Shown piece after piece: positions 56,058-64,000 of a DNA stretch of 64,000 bases. The stretch's first letter is position 1. Each line of letters starts with the position of its first letter. The notes under the pieces are model-generated. The model worked only from the letters and a program-made list of their open reading frames with translations. It did no database searches and was not told the DNA's origin. A program made the translations under genes and the position numbers. This DNA comes from an uncultured Christensenella sp. (lineage in GTDB: Bacteria > Bacillota > Clostridia > Christensenellales > Borkfalkiaceae): assembly GCA_964453915.1 (NCBI GenBank), contig CAYVPW010000001.1:6143-70142 (forward strand), written 5' to 3'.

Positions 56058-56086
56058 AATTTAACCTTTAATTCGATATAAAACAA
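56058..56086 (-). promoter_or_regulatory. candidate promoter of the phage-like operon, spaced for a leaderless TerL mRNA
   Basis: Minus strand: TTGTTT (56086-56081), 17 nt, TAAATT (56063-56058), then 7 nt to ATG 56050. No SD precedes TerL. Confidence 0.3.
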
Positions 56087-56088
56087 TT

Positions 56089-56117
56089 TTTACGTCCATA
56101 CGAAACTACCTTATAAT
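56089..56117 (+). promoter_or_regulatory. sigma-A type promoter for the divergent 246-aa gene
   Basis: TTTACG (56089-56094), 17 nt, TATAAT (56112-56117). SD AAAGGAG lies before ATG 56146. Confidence 0.5.
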
Positions 56118-56145
56118 CTCTCTTAACCATATAAAGGAGTTTTTT

Positions 56146-56886
56146 ATGAAACGCAAAATGTTTTGTTTAACGGCGTTCGTTCTTTTGATATTTACCGTTT
56201 TTCCGCAAGCATACGTTGCAAATGCTGATACCAACTATTTTAGAGTGATAAATTCCGAAACGCCCTTTTATCGCGATAAAGAAATGCAATCTCTCGCATT
56301 TTATCTCCCCTATACTTACTATGTAAAAGTTTTAAGCGTAGACGGAGATGTTGCTCACGTAGAGTGTTACGGACAAGCAGGCTCTATCGCAATGGACGGA
56401 TACACCCCGTACTCTTTACTTTATAAAGATAACCTGCTAACGGACGCCCCCTATCTATCGCTTACGATTACAACTGTAGAACCTACTAAACTCTACGAAG
56501 ACGCAAACTTAAAAACCCCTACTAGATACTTGTTTCAAGAACGCACGCTCTCTTACTACGGCAGTATAGAAACGCAACTCGGAATTGTATACTACGTAAG
56601 CTATAACGGGCAGTTCGGATACGTGAGCGAAGAAGCCGTGTATCCTTTTACGGTTGCAAACCACCCTAACGAACTTACTTTTTTAATACAAAACGAACCG
56701 TCTTCTTCATCAGAATCTAAAGATACGCTAAAAGATACGGGCGATTCTTCAGATAATTATCTTACCATTCGCATTGTGATAATATCTTGTTTGGTTCTTG
56801 CGGGATTAATAGCCCTATTTACCGTAAAGCGCCCTAAAAAGGCTGCCCAAACCACAGATTACTACGACGAAAACGAATACGAATAA
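56146..56886 (+). CDS. secreted, C-terminally membrane-anchored protein with two SH3-like repeats
   Basis: Signal peptide (MKRKMFCLTAFVLLIFTVFPQAYVANA), two similar roughly 70-aa modules, a Ser-rich linker, a TM helix (IRIVIISCLVLAGLIALFTV) and an acidic tail. Confidence 0.6.
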   Translation: MKRKMFCLTAFVLLIFTVFPQAYVANADTNYFRVINSETPFYRDKEMQSLAFYLPYTYYVKVLSVDGDVAHVECYGQAGSIAMDGYTPYSLLYKDNLLTDAPYLSLTITTVEPTKLYEDANLKTPTRYLFQERTLSYYGSIETQLGIVYYVSYNGQFGYVSEEAVYPFTVANHPNELTFLIQNEPSSSSESKDTLKDTGDSSDNYLTIRIVIISCLVLAGLIALFTVKRPKKAAQTTDYYDENEYE

Positions 56887-56894
56887 CCTAAAAT

Positions 56895-57413
56895 TTACGC
56901 AGTTTTGCGTTTTTCCGCATTTGTTTCTACGGAAGTTTGTTTGCGCTTGTTTTTTATCGTTTTGCCTTCAATTTCGTAAACTCTTTTTAACAACTCCTTA
57001 AAAAAGTCCATTTTAAGGCAATACTTTTCAAACCACTCGTCGTTTACGCCTGATTTTTCCAAATTACACGCAAATTTTTCGGCAAGTTTTACTTGCCTTC
57101 TAAAATAAGCCCTTCCCGTATAATCAAAATCTTGGAAAAAATCTTTGGTTTTATCTCTAAAATATTTATAACTGAAATAAACCAACTCTTCGTCCGAAAA
57201 TTTTTTCAAGACCTTATCAACGATTATCTTTAAAACGATAAGCGTATCCTTTTGTTCGGTATAAGATAAAACCTTTTCGCACTGACAAACACACGGCGAC
57301 AGGTCGTTAATAGAAGCCAATGCCTTTTTCTCTACTAACTCGTCAATCTGGTCCATAACGTCTTCCAAGTGTTTGTAAGCATATAAAACCGCCTTAGCAT
57401 AGTATTTATTCAT
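56895..57413 (-). CDS. hypothetical cytoplasmic protein (172 aa)
   Basis: ATG 57413 lies 7 nt after GGAG; the track's GTG at 57455 is rejected. Helical, with a basic C-terminal tail. I recognise no motif. Confidence 0.55.
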   Translation of the reverse strand: MNKYYAKAVLYAYKHLEDVMDQIDELVEKKALASINDLSPCVCQCEKVLSYTEQKDTLIVLKIIVDKVLKKFSDEELVYFSYKYFRDKTKDFFQDFDYTGRAYFRRQVKLAEKFACNLEKSGVNDEWFEKYCLKMDFFKELLKRVYEIEGKTIKNKRKQTSVETNAEKRKTA

Positions 57414-57459
57414 TGCAAATCTCCATTTGTAGTTTCGTAATTTCGCCGAAATCACCCTT

Positions 57460-57489
57460 ATTATAATTATCCAAAACCCGCCTTGTCAA
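57460..57489 (-). promoter_or_regulatory. near-consensus sigma-A promoter for the 172-aa gene
   Basis: Minus strand: TTGACA (57489-57484), 18-nt spacer, TATAAT (57465-57460). Confidence 0.6.
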
Positions 57490-57509
57490 TTTTTTATGTC
57501 GAATTTTGA

Positions 57510-57541
57510 ACAAAATTATTTATTTTTGTACAAAATTATTT
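57510..57541. repeat. 12-nt direct repeat in the intergenic region
   Basis: ACAAAATTATTT at 57510-57521 and again at 57530-57541. Related TTTT(T/A)ATGTC words occur at 57491-57500 and 57541-57550. Confidence 0.5.
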
Positions 57542-57695
57542 TTTAATGTCATATTTCTCTTGATTAAACAGCAAAAACGTTTTAATATAATCGTTTTTGT
57601 CTTTTGTCGCAAACTGCGTACTATACAAGGCAAATTTTGTAATAATATTTATTTTTTTATATACAAAACAAAATAAATATGATAAAATATGATTT

Positions 57696-60158
57696 ATGAA
57701 AGCAAATGTAAACAATAAACTAAAGAAAATATTTTTGGCGGTTTTAGCACTTGTTATGCTGTCTTCTATCCTTGCTTTTTTCTCTGCGAACAAAAAAGCA
57801 AGCGCATCAAGAGGCATAACCGTTTCGGAATTTTTACCCACCAACGAAATCGAATACTACGAATTTAACGAAAACGTTCCTAAAAAAAGTTTTTTTTGGG
57901 ATAACAACGCTGCGATAATTTTAGAGAATTCTCAAAATCATAATTATAGCGTTTTGTTTTATATTCAAAACAAAGGGTACTCTCTCTACGATAAACTGGG
58001 TGACAAAACGCCCCACCAAATAAAAAAATTATCAAACGACACCATTGCCATTGCGCTAACCAACGTTTTATATTCCATAAATATAAACGATCTATCCGCT
58101 TTTCCGCAATCGCTACTCAGCAATTCTACACCAGTTTCCGGCTCTTATTTCGACTTAAACGCAAGCCATTTGGCGGCGGCTTCCGGAAACGACGTTTACT
58201 TATATAATCTCAGTGGGCTAAACGTTACGGACGGTCAAAGAATTACGGAAATAAGCGTAGAAGAACTTACCCCCATCTGCGTAAACGAAAACGACGACCT
58301 TTTCTACTTAGCAAACGGCACTCGTGCACTGACAAGATTTAACTTGAATACAAAATTAACCACGGAGTTATTATCTTCTTCCAGCGAAAATTTAAAGTTC
58401 GTGGCAAATAACGATTATTTGTTTTTCACAAACGGAAGAGATTTTTATAAAATAGATTTAAAAACGTTAAATCAAACCAAACTCACTCCGCCGAATTCAG
58501 ATTTCGATTTGGGTAAAATAGATACTGTTAGCGATATTTGTTTTAGGGAAAACGGATTAGTAATAACCGATTCTACCCTGCCCGCCATTCAAGAATTTAC
58601 CGTAGACGACAGTAATTTAGAATTTACGGGATTTGCAATAGCAAGCAATAAAACCGCTTATAACAGAATAAGCGAAAGCGCAAAAGAAATAGACGTTTCT
58701 TATAATTCTCTTGCAGTTTTAGACAGCGTTAAACTTACCGTAATAAAAAACACGGAAGAAAACTTAAAAAGCAAAAACAATTTTGCAAATTATTTTATTA
58801 ACGAAGGCGTTTTAAGCGGGCTTAATCCCTCTATGCTTGCGCTTGGTAACGGAAACGCTATGCTTGGCGGAACAAACAAGGTGTTGATATTAGACTATAA
58901 TTCCGGCAAAAAACTGTTTGAGCACACGTTTGAAGGCGGAAACAACATAGTAAGCATAACCTATCAAAGCAATGCATACTACGCAACTAAAATAAAAGAC
59001 GGCACAGGAAACTCTCTTGCCGTGTATAAAATTTATTTGCAAAACGGAGAATACGTTTCGGAAGAGTTATTTTCTACGGACGAAATTTATAACGCAACCG
59101 CAAAAACCACGGTAGACGTAAACGGTAATTTTTACATCACCAGTAGCGTAAACAACTGCGTTTATAAATATTCAAAAACAGAAAACGGATATCAAGCAAC
59201 ACAGCTAAACGGACTTACCGAAAGCGGAATATTAAAACTTGCCACGGACCTAAGCGGAACGCTTTTTATGTTAAAAAGCAATTGCGTGCAATATTATCAT
59301 AACCAAACCGTTTATACTGTTCAAACAAACTTTAACGGCAAAACCGCAAAGTCTTTTGCAATGGATTACGATAACAAATCGGTATATTTCATATTTAACG
59401 GTTTAGAAAACGTAGCAAAAACGGACAATTTACCTAATATATCCTTAAAAAACGCCGTTATTCCGCAAGAATTTAAAATAACCGATACAAACGCAAGCGT
59501 ATCCGAACTAAAAATATATTCTCCTAAACAAAACGCAAATGTTTACGAAATCACCAAAAGCGAAAGCACTTTCACTTTTAACGGACTATTCAAAAACGTA
59601 ACAACGGATTTTATAAAAATTTGTTCTTTAATTCTAACGGAAAACGATGAAGAAAACTCTATAGAAAGAACTTGCAACTTATCCGTTTTAACCGGGAAGG
59701 ACGATAAAAACGCTTCCGTTATGGTAATAATAAACGATAACGACCTAGAAGAGATTAACTCCGTCACCCCGAAAGAAAAAACCTTGTACGTTACAACGGG
59801 CGTAAACATGTATTACATTCCCATAATAACGGAAGACAGTAGATTTTGCCTAACAGATTCTAACGGTCAAACTATAAGATTAGATAAAAAGTCTGAAATT
59901 CTTGTATTAAATAAAGTGCAGTCCTTAGAAAGCGTATTCTACTTTGTTAAAGTAAACGTTAACGGAACGGAAGTATTCGGCTACGTTCCCGAAAACTACA
60001 CCGTAGAAGTTCTTTTTGAAGACATTATAGGTACACCTAACCAAACGCTTATAGAAGGAAACAACCCCCACGCTTTAAGAAACGCATTGATTGTTATCGC
60101 TTTGGCGTGCTCGGTTTTCGGAACTTCTTTCTATTTTATCTTTAAGAAAAAAGATTGA
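57696..60158 (+). CDS. large extracytoplasmic protein (820 aa) with an N-terminal signal/anchor, repeat-rich beta ectodomain, SH3-like module and C-terminal TM anchor
   Basis: N-terminal KLKKIFLAVLALVMLSSILAFFSA and C-terminal ALIVIALACSVFGTSFYFIF-KKKD. Many short strand-turn repeats (NDVYLYNLSG, DYLFFTNGRDFYKIDL, GNFYITSS, ...). No SD before ATG 57696. Confidence 0.65.
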   Translation: MKANVNNKLKKIFLAVLALVMLSSILAFFSANKKASASRGITVSEFLPTNEIEYYEFNENVPKKSFFWDNNAAIILENSQNHNYSVLFYIQNKGYSLYDKLGDKTPHQIKKLSNDTIAIALTNVLYSININDLSAFPQSLLSNSTPVSGSYFDLNASHLAAASGNDVYLYNLSGLNVTDGQRITEISVEELTPICVNENDDLFYLANGTRALTRFNLNTKLTTELLSSSSENLKFVANNDYLFFTNGRDFYKIDLKTLNQTKLTPPNSDFDLGKIDTVSDICFRENGLVITDSTLPAIQEFTVDDSNLEFTGFAIASNKTAYNRISESAKEIDVSYNSLAVLDSVKLTVIKNTEENLKSKNNFANYFINEGVLSGLNPSMLALGNGNAMLGGTNKVLILDYNSGKKLFEHTFEGGNNIVSITYQSNAYYATKIKDGTGNSLAVYKIYLQNGEYVSEELFSTDEIYNATAKTTVDVNGNFYITSSVNNCVYKYSKTENGYQATQLNGLTESGILKLATDLSGTLFMLKSNCVQYYHNQTVYTVQTNFNGKTAKSFAMDYDNKSVYFIFNGLENVAKTDNLPNISLKNAVIPQEFKITDTNASVSELKIYSPKQNANVYEITKSESTFTFNGLFKNVTTDFIKICSLILTENDEENSIERTCNLSVLTGKDDKNASVMVIINDNDLEEINSVTPKEKTLYVTTGVNMYYIPIITEDSRFCLTDSNGQTIRLDKKSEILVLNKVQSLESVFYFVKVNVNGTEVFGYVPENYTVEVLFEDIIGTPNQTLIEGNNPHALRNALIVIALACSVFGTSFYFIFKKKD

Positions 60159-60171
60159 TCATGTAAACACT

Positions 60172-60215
60172 AAAAAACGGTAAGACTTTTTATAAAAAGC
60201 CTTACCGTTTTTATT
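60172..60215. terminator. bidirectional terminator between convergent genes
   Basis: AAAAAA-ACGGTAAG-16 nt-CTTACCGT-TTTTATTTTT. Confidence 0.75.
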
Positions 60216-60224
60216 TTTGTATTT

Positions 60225-60932
60225 TTAATATCCGTCGTTATAAACCGCTTCGCTATCAGAGCGTTCTTTTACGGATAGCAAATCAAATTCTTCGTCCGCA
60301 TCAAAATTGTCTGCATTTTCATATGCGGCAAGTTTACTTATAGATACTTCGTATGCCGTCATAATTTTTATCTCTTCGTCGGACAAACGCTTTTGATATT
60401 CTCTGCTTTGTATCCTTCCGCTTATCGCAATTTTTTCGCCCACGGCAAGGTTTTTTGCAAACCGTGCGTTTCTTCCCCATGCAATACAAGGGATATAATC
60501 GGATTTATTATAAGAACGGTTTACCGCTATCAAAATATCCGCAATCTCTCTGTTAAAAGGCGTGGTTCTATATACGGGTTGTTTACAAATATACCCCGAA
60601 AGCACTATGCTGTTAGGATTTTTTACTATCGGAGAATCCAAAAGTTCTCTCACAAAAACCGTAAGCATAAGTTTGCTTTTTCCGTCTATCAATTTGTTAT
60701 AACTTCTAAACTGCCCCAAAGCGTTTATCACAACGCCGGGTTTAAGATTTTTATCCGCGATAAGCCTTTCAGAAACGGTCACGGGCAACACGTCGCCTTG
60801 ACCGGAAAGTCTTTTTACTAAAACACTCATCTCGTAAAAGCCTTCTCCGTACACTTCGTGCGAAAATTCCGCTTCGGTCAAAATTTCGCCGCTAATAAAA
60901 ACCTTATTGTTTTTTTCCGCCAAATAGTTCAT
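60225..60932 (-). CDS. SSB-like protein with two tandem OB folds
   Basis: Two OB-like halves. Residues about 8-100 (FISGEIL...SHEVYGEGFYEMSV...GQFRSYN). Residues about 105-200 (IVLSGYICKQPVYRTTP...IPCIAWGRNARFA...ISGRIQSREY), with an acidic tail region DADEEFDLL. Confidence 0.6.
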   Translation of the reverse strand: MNYLAEKNNKVFISGEILTEAEFSHEVYGEGFYEMSVLVKRLSGQGDVLPVTVSERLIADKNLKPGVVINALGQFRSYNKLIDGKSKLMLTVFVRELLDSPIVKNPNSIVLSGYICKQPVYRTTPFNREIADILIAVNRSYNKSDYIPCIAWGRNARFAKNLAVGEKIAISGRIQSREYQKRLSDEEIKIMTAYEVSISKLAAYENADNFDADEEFDLLSVKERSDSEAVYNDGY

Positions 60933-60956
60933 ATATTTACTTCCTCCAAAGAATTT

Positions 60957-61724
60957 CTAACCGTTAATAACCTGTGTGCCGTCCGGAAGCATTGTGTAAT
61001 TTTCTCTATACACCAGTTCTCCCACCGGCACAAAAACGTACCCCTTACTTTTTAACGCAACTATAATATCTAAAAGCGCTTCGCTAGTATGCAGCCCTTG
61101 ATTATGAAACAACACTATAGACCCGCTTTTTACCCTTTTAATAACCCTGTCTTTAATTTCGCTTGCAGATAAATTTTTCCAGTCCAAACTGTCAACGTCC
61201 CATTGCACGGAAACAAGTCCCAACTCGTTTGCCGTATCAATCAATAAATCGTTATATTCCCCGTAAGGCGGTCTAAACACGGTAGGTTTTTTGCCTATCA
61301 AACGTTCTATCGCATTACAAGAAGAAGTAAGTTCACTCGTAATTGCCGCCTTATCTAGCTTACTCATATGCGGGTGCGTAGAAGAATGAGTTCCTACTTC
61401 GTGTCCGGTATCGCTTATTTTTTTTAAGTAATCCGGATATTTGTTAACCCAAAACTCAACCGCAAAAAAAGTACATTTTACGGATTCAGACTCCATAATC
61501 TCTAAAAGCTTATCCGTATAATCCACACCCCACGCACAATCGAAAGATATAGCAATCTTTTTTTCTTCCGTTCTCACCCTGTATACGGGCAATTTTCTAG
61601 AAGAACTCCCGTAAAAAACCGCATACGCACCGCTTTGCGTAATCATTAAAAATACAGCAAAAACCAAAACAATAACGCAAGCAAATTTAATAACCTTTCT
61701 CCCGTTTATTACAGCGAATTTCAT
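60957..61724 (-). CDS. polysaccharide deacetylase (NodB homology domain; PdaA/PdaB-like)
   Basis: N-terminal TM, then NodB motifs FDCAWG, HEVGTHSSTHPHM, RPPYGE and LFHN. I chose ATG 61724 over the TTG at 61742. Confidence 0.85.
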   Translation of the reverse strand: MKFAVINGRKVIKFACVIVLVFAVFLMITQSGAYAVFYGSSSRKLPVYRVRTEEKKIAISFDCAWGVDYTDKLLEIMESESVKCTFFAVEFWVNKYPDYLKKISDTGHEVGTHSSTHPHMSKLDKAAITSELTSSCNAIERLIGKKPTVFRPPYGEYNDLLIDTANELGLVSVQWDVDSLDWKNLSASEIKDRVIKRVKSGSIVLFHNQGLHTSEALLDIIVALKSKGYVFVPVGELVYRENYTMLPDGTQVING

Positions 61725-61936
61725 TATACCTACCAAACACAATAAATTTTTATCAAAAAAAGTTGAATTAAGCCGTTTTTTGTCGCTTGCGCTTTTTTCT
61801 TTATCGATAGATTATACTAACATAAAAAGAATATTATGATTTAAAAATAAAAAAGCGCCCGTCAAAAAGCAAACTTAAAAATCTAAAACTTATCGTTCGC
61901 TTTTTAACAAAACGCTTTTACGTTTTTATTTAACCG

Positions 61937-64000
61937 TTATAACTTGTTTCTTATAATCTTTCCGCTAGTTGTTTTGGGCAACTCGTCACGGAAAACAACC
62001 ACTCTGGGATATTTATAAGGCGCAGTATGGTCTTTTACGTACTTTTGTATCTCTTTCTTTAATTCTTCCGTGGGTTCTTTGCCCTTTACCAAAACTATGC
62101 TTGCCTTTACAATTTGCCCGCGAACTTCATCGGGAACAGCGGACACACCGCACTCTAAAACGTATGGCAATTCCATTATTACGCTTTCTATTTCAAACGG
62201 CCCTATTCTGTATCCGGAAGATTTTATAACGTCGTCTACCCTGCCAACGTACCAATAATATCCGTCTTCGTCCTTCCAAGCGGTGTCTCCAGTGTGATAA
62301 TATCCGTCGTGCCAAACCTCTTTTGTTTTTTCTTCGTCACGATAATATCCCATAAACAACCCGCAAGGTCCGCCGTTTTTAACGTTTACTACTATCTCTC
62401 CAACCTCGCCCACGGGAACGGGATTGCCGTTTTCGTCTACGATAGAAACGTCGTAAATAGGAGCGGGCTTGCCCATAGAACCTACTTTATGCGGCTCTCC
62501 CACTAGATTTCCTACTATCATAGTACTTTCGGACTGACCGAAACCTTCGTGTATTTGAAGCCCCGTAAGTCTTTCAAATTGACGGTATACCTCGGGGTTA
62601 AGCGCTTCTCCCGCAGTAGTCATATGCTTTACGGAAGAAAGGTCGTACTTGCTTAAATCTTGCTTTATCATCATTCTTAGCATTGTAGGCGGCGCACAAA
62701 AAGAGGTGATGTGGTATTTTGCAAACATAGGTAAAATATCACTTGCATCAAACCTATCAAAGTCATAAACAAAGGTTGCCGCCTCGCAAAGCCATTGTCC
62801 GTAAAGTTTACCCCACATAGCTTTTGCCCAACCGGTGTCCGATATAGTAAAATGCAATCCGTCCGGATCAACCGAATGCCAATACTTCGCAGTATGGAAA
62901 TGCCCCAAAGCATACTTGTAATTATGAACCGCTACCTTAGGATAACCGGAAGTACCCGAGGTAAAGAACATAAGCATAGTATCGTCCCCGCCGGGAGCGT
63001 CTTCCGTGCGTTTATAGTGGGTAGAGAACATTGTGTATTCTTCGTCAAAACTTCTCCAACCGTCTCTTTTTCCGTTAACTATAAGTTTATGCTTTAAGGT
63101 GGGGCTTTGCGCCTCTGCAAGTTCTACTTGATGCGCCGTATCCCCGTCCGCCGTACAAATCACGGCAGAAATCCCCGCCGAATTAAATCTATAAGACAAA
63201 TCGTGTTCTTGTAATTGATTAGTTGCAGGAATTGCAATAGCGCCTAGTTTGTTAAGCCCAAGCATTGCAAACCAAAATTGATAATGCCTCTTTAGCACAA
63301 GCAAAACCCTGTCTCCGCGCTTTATTCCGATAGATTTAAAATAATTTGCGCAACGGCTACTTTGCTTTTTCATATCCGAAAAAGTAAATCTCCTTTCCGT
63401 TTTATCCTTAGAAACGTGCAACATTGCAAGTTTATCGGGATTTTTTCTTGCCAACTCGTCAACCAAATCAAACGCAAAATTAAACTTTTCAGTATTTTTA
63501 AATTTAATAGATAAAGGCGTTCCAGTTTCGCTTTCTACAACGTCTATAAATTTGTTATAGATCCTTTCTTTATCTAGCGATTTTTTATCTTGACTAACAG
63601 GCAAACTGTTTTTTTCTACCATATCGGAAAGTTCAGGTATCGGATCTCCCGTAGGATTTAATACTATTGCGTAAAAAATACAGTCTCTTCCGTCTACCGC
63701 AATCATTCCGTGCGGAGTAGAACTGTCGTAATAAATACTGTCTCCCGCTTCCAAAATTTCCGTGTGGTTGCCAACCTTAACCTTTAATTTACCTTCTAAT
63801 ACAAGGTCACACTCTTGCCCTTTGTGGGTTGTGCACTCTATCTCCTTATTTTGCGCTTCTTCGTCAAAAACGCTTCTAACGTAAAGGGGTTCGGCAATCC
63901 TGTTTTTAAAAGCATACGCCAAGTTAAAATAAGTCATTCCGTGCGCCTTTGCAATCTCTTGACCCGCACCTTTTCTTGTGACCGTGTAAGATTTAAGTTT
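61937..64000 (-). CDS. AMP-forming acyl-CoA synthetase fused to an N-terminal cupin domain; reading frame still open at the window end
   Basis: AMP-binding motif FFTSGTSGYPK, YHTGD and the C-terminal PKTTSGKIIR. The N-terminal cupin is HKGQECDLVLEGKL...GDSIYYDSSTPHGM. No stop lies between ATG 63937 and position 64000 in frame. Confidence 0.85.
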   Translation of the reverse strand, partial: KLKSYTVTRKGAGQEIAKAHGMTYFNLAYAFKNRIAEPLYVRSVFDEEAQNKEIECTTHKGQECDLVLEGKLKVKVGNHTEILEAGDSIYYDSSTPHGMIAVDGRDCIFYAIVLNPTGDPIPELSDMVEKNSLPVSQDKKSLDKERIYNKFIDVVESETGTPLSIKFKNTEKFNFAFDLVDELARKNPDKLAMLHVSKDKTERRFTFSDMKKQSSRCANYFKSIGIKRGDRVLLVLKRHYQFWFAMLGLNKLGAIAIPATNQLQEHDLSYRFNSAGISAVICTADGDTAHQVELAEAQSPTLKHKLIVNGKRDGWRSFDEEYTMFSTHYKRTEDAPGGDDTMLMFFTSGTSGYPKVAVHNYKYALGHFHTAKYWHSVDPDGLHFTISDTGWAKAMWGKLYGQWLCEAATFVYDFDRFDASDILPMFAKYHITSFCAPPTMLRMMIKQDLSKYDLSSVKHMTTAGEALNPEVYRQFERLTGLQIHEGFGQSESTMIVGNLVGEPHKVGSMGKPAPIYDVSIVDENGNPVPVGEVGEIVVNVKNGGPCGLFMGYYRDEEKTKEVWHDGYYHTGDTAWKDEDGYYWYVGRVDDVIKSSGYRIGPFEIESVIMELPYVLECGVSAVPDEVRGQIVKASIVLVKGKEPTEELKKEIQKYVKDHTAPYKYPRVVVFRDELPKTTSGKIIRNKL

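Noticed and set aside
57536-57844. 102-aa minus-strand ORF
   Set aside because: It lies in AT-rich promoter DNA and overlaps the start and signal peptide of the 820-aa gene. It has no SD and an implausible composition.

Overview
This is an AT-rich chromosomal segment (GC judged by eye, not computed) from a low-GC Firmicute. Gene content and order suggest the class Clostridia: hrcA-grpE-dnaK-dnaJ-prmA-mtaB-HIT; ispG-[polC position]-rimP-nusA-ylxR-ylxQ-infB-rbfA-nrnA-truB-ribF; pepP-efp. From about 4.4 kb to 56 kb almost every credible gene lies on the minus strand, and most plus-strand ORFs in the track are antisense shadows. Housekeeping content includes argS, ychF, a ParE/ParC-type topoisomerase pair, a copA P-type ATPase, a feoA-feoA-feoB operon with a divergent TetR regulator, an SNF-family transporter, proA, malQ and efp. 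I found one tRNA-Arg(CCU) by hand-folding. Two conserved genes fall below the ORF-track size cut-off: rpsU and a FeoB-associated Cys-rich peptide. I saw no rRNA, CRISPR array, transposase or integrase. The standout is an 8-kb, tightly packed minus-strand operon (48056-56050) encoding only phage head and DNA-packaging functions: large terminase, a small protein, portal, scaffold, major capsid and three unknowns. No tail, lysis, lysogeny, replication or integration genes are visible, and the operon sits between core operons next to two large envelope proteins. Secondary oddities:
- a stand-alone PolC-like N-domain/OB/exonuclease protein at the polC position
- an orphan mazF with no antitoxin ORF
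- a CopA with a DKTAT phosphorylation motif and an in-frame C-terminal CopZ-like domain that has its own SD/ATG
- a tandem-OB SSB-like protein
- a cupin-acyl-CoA synthetase fusion
All family assignments come from reading motifs and from remembered family features. No database search was run.
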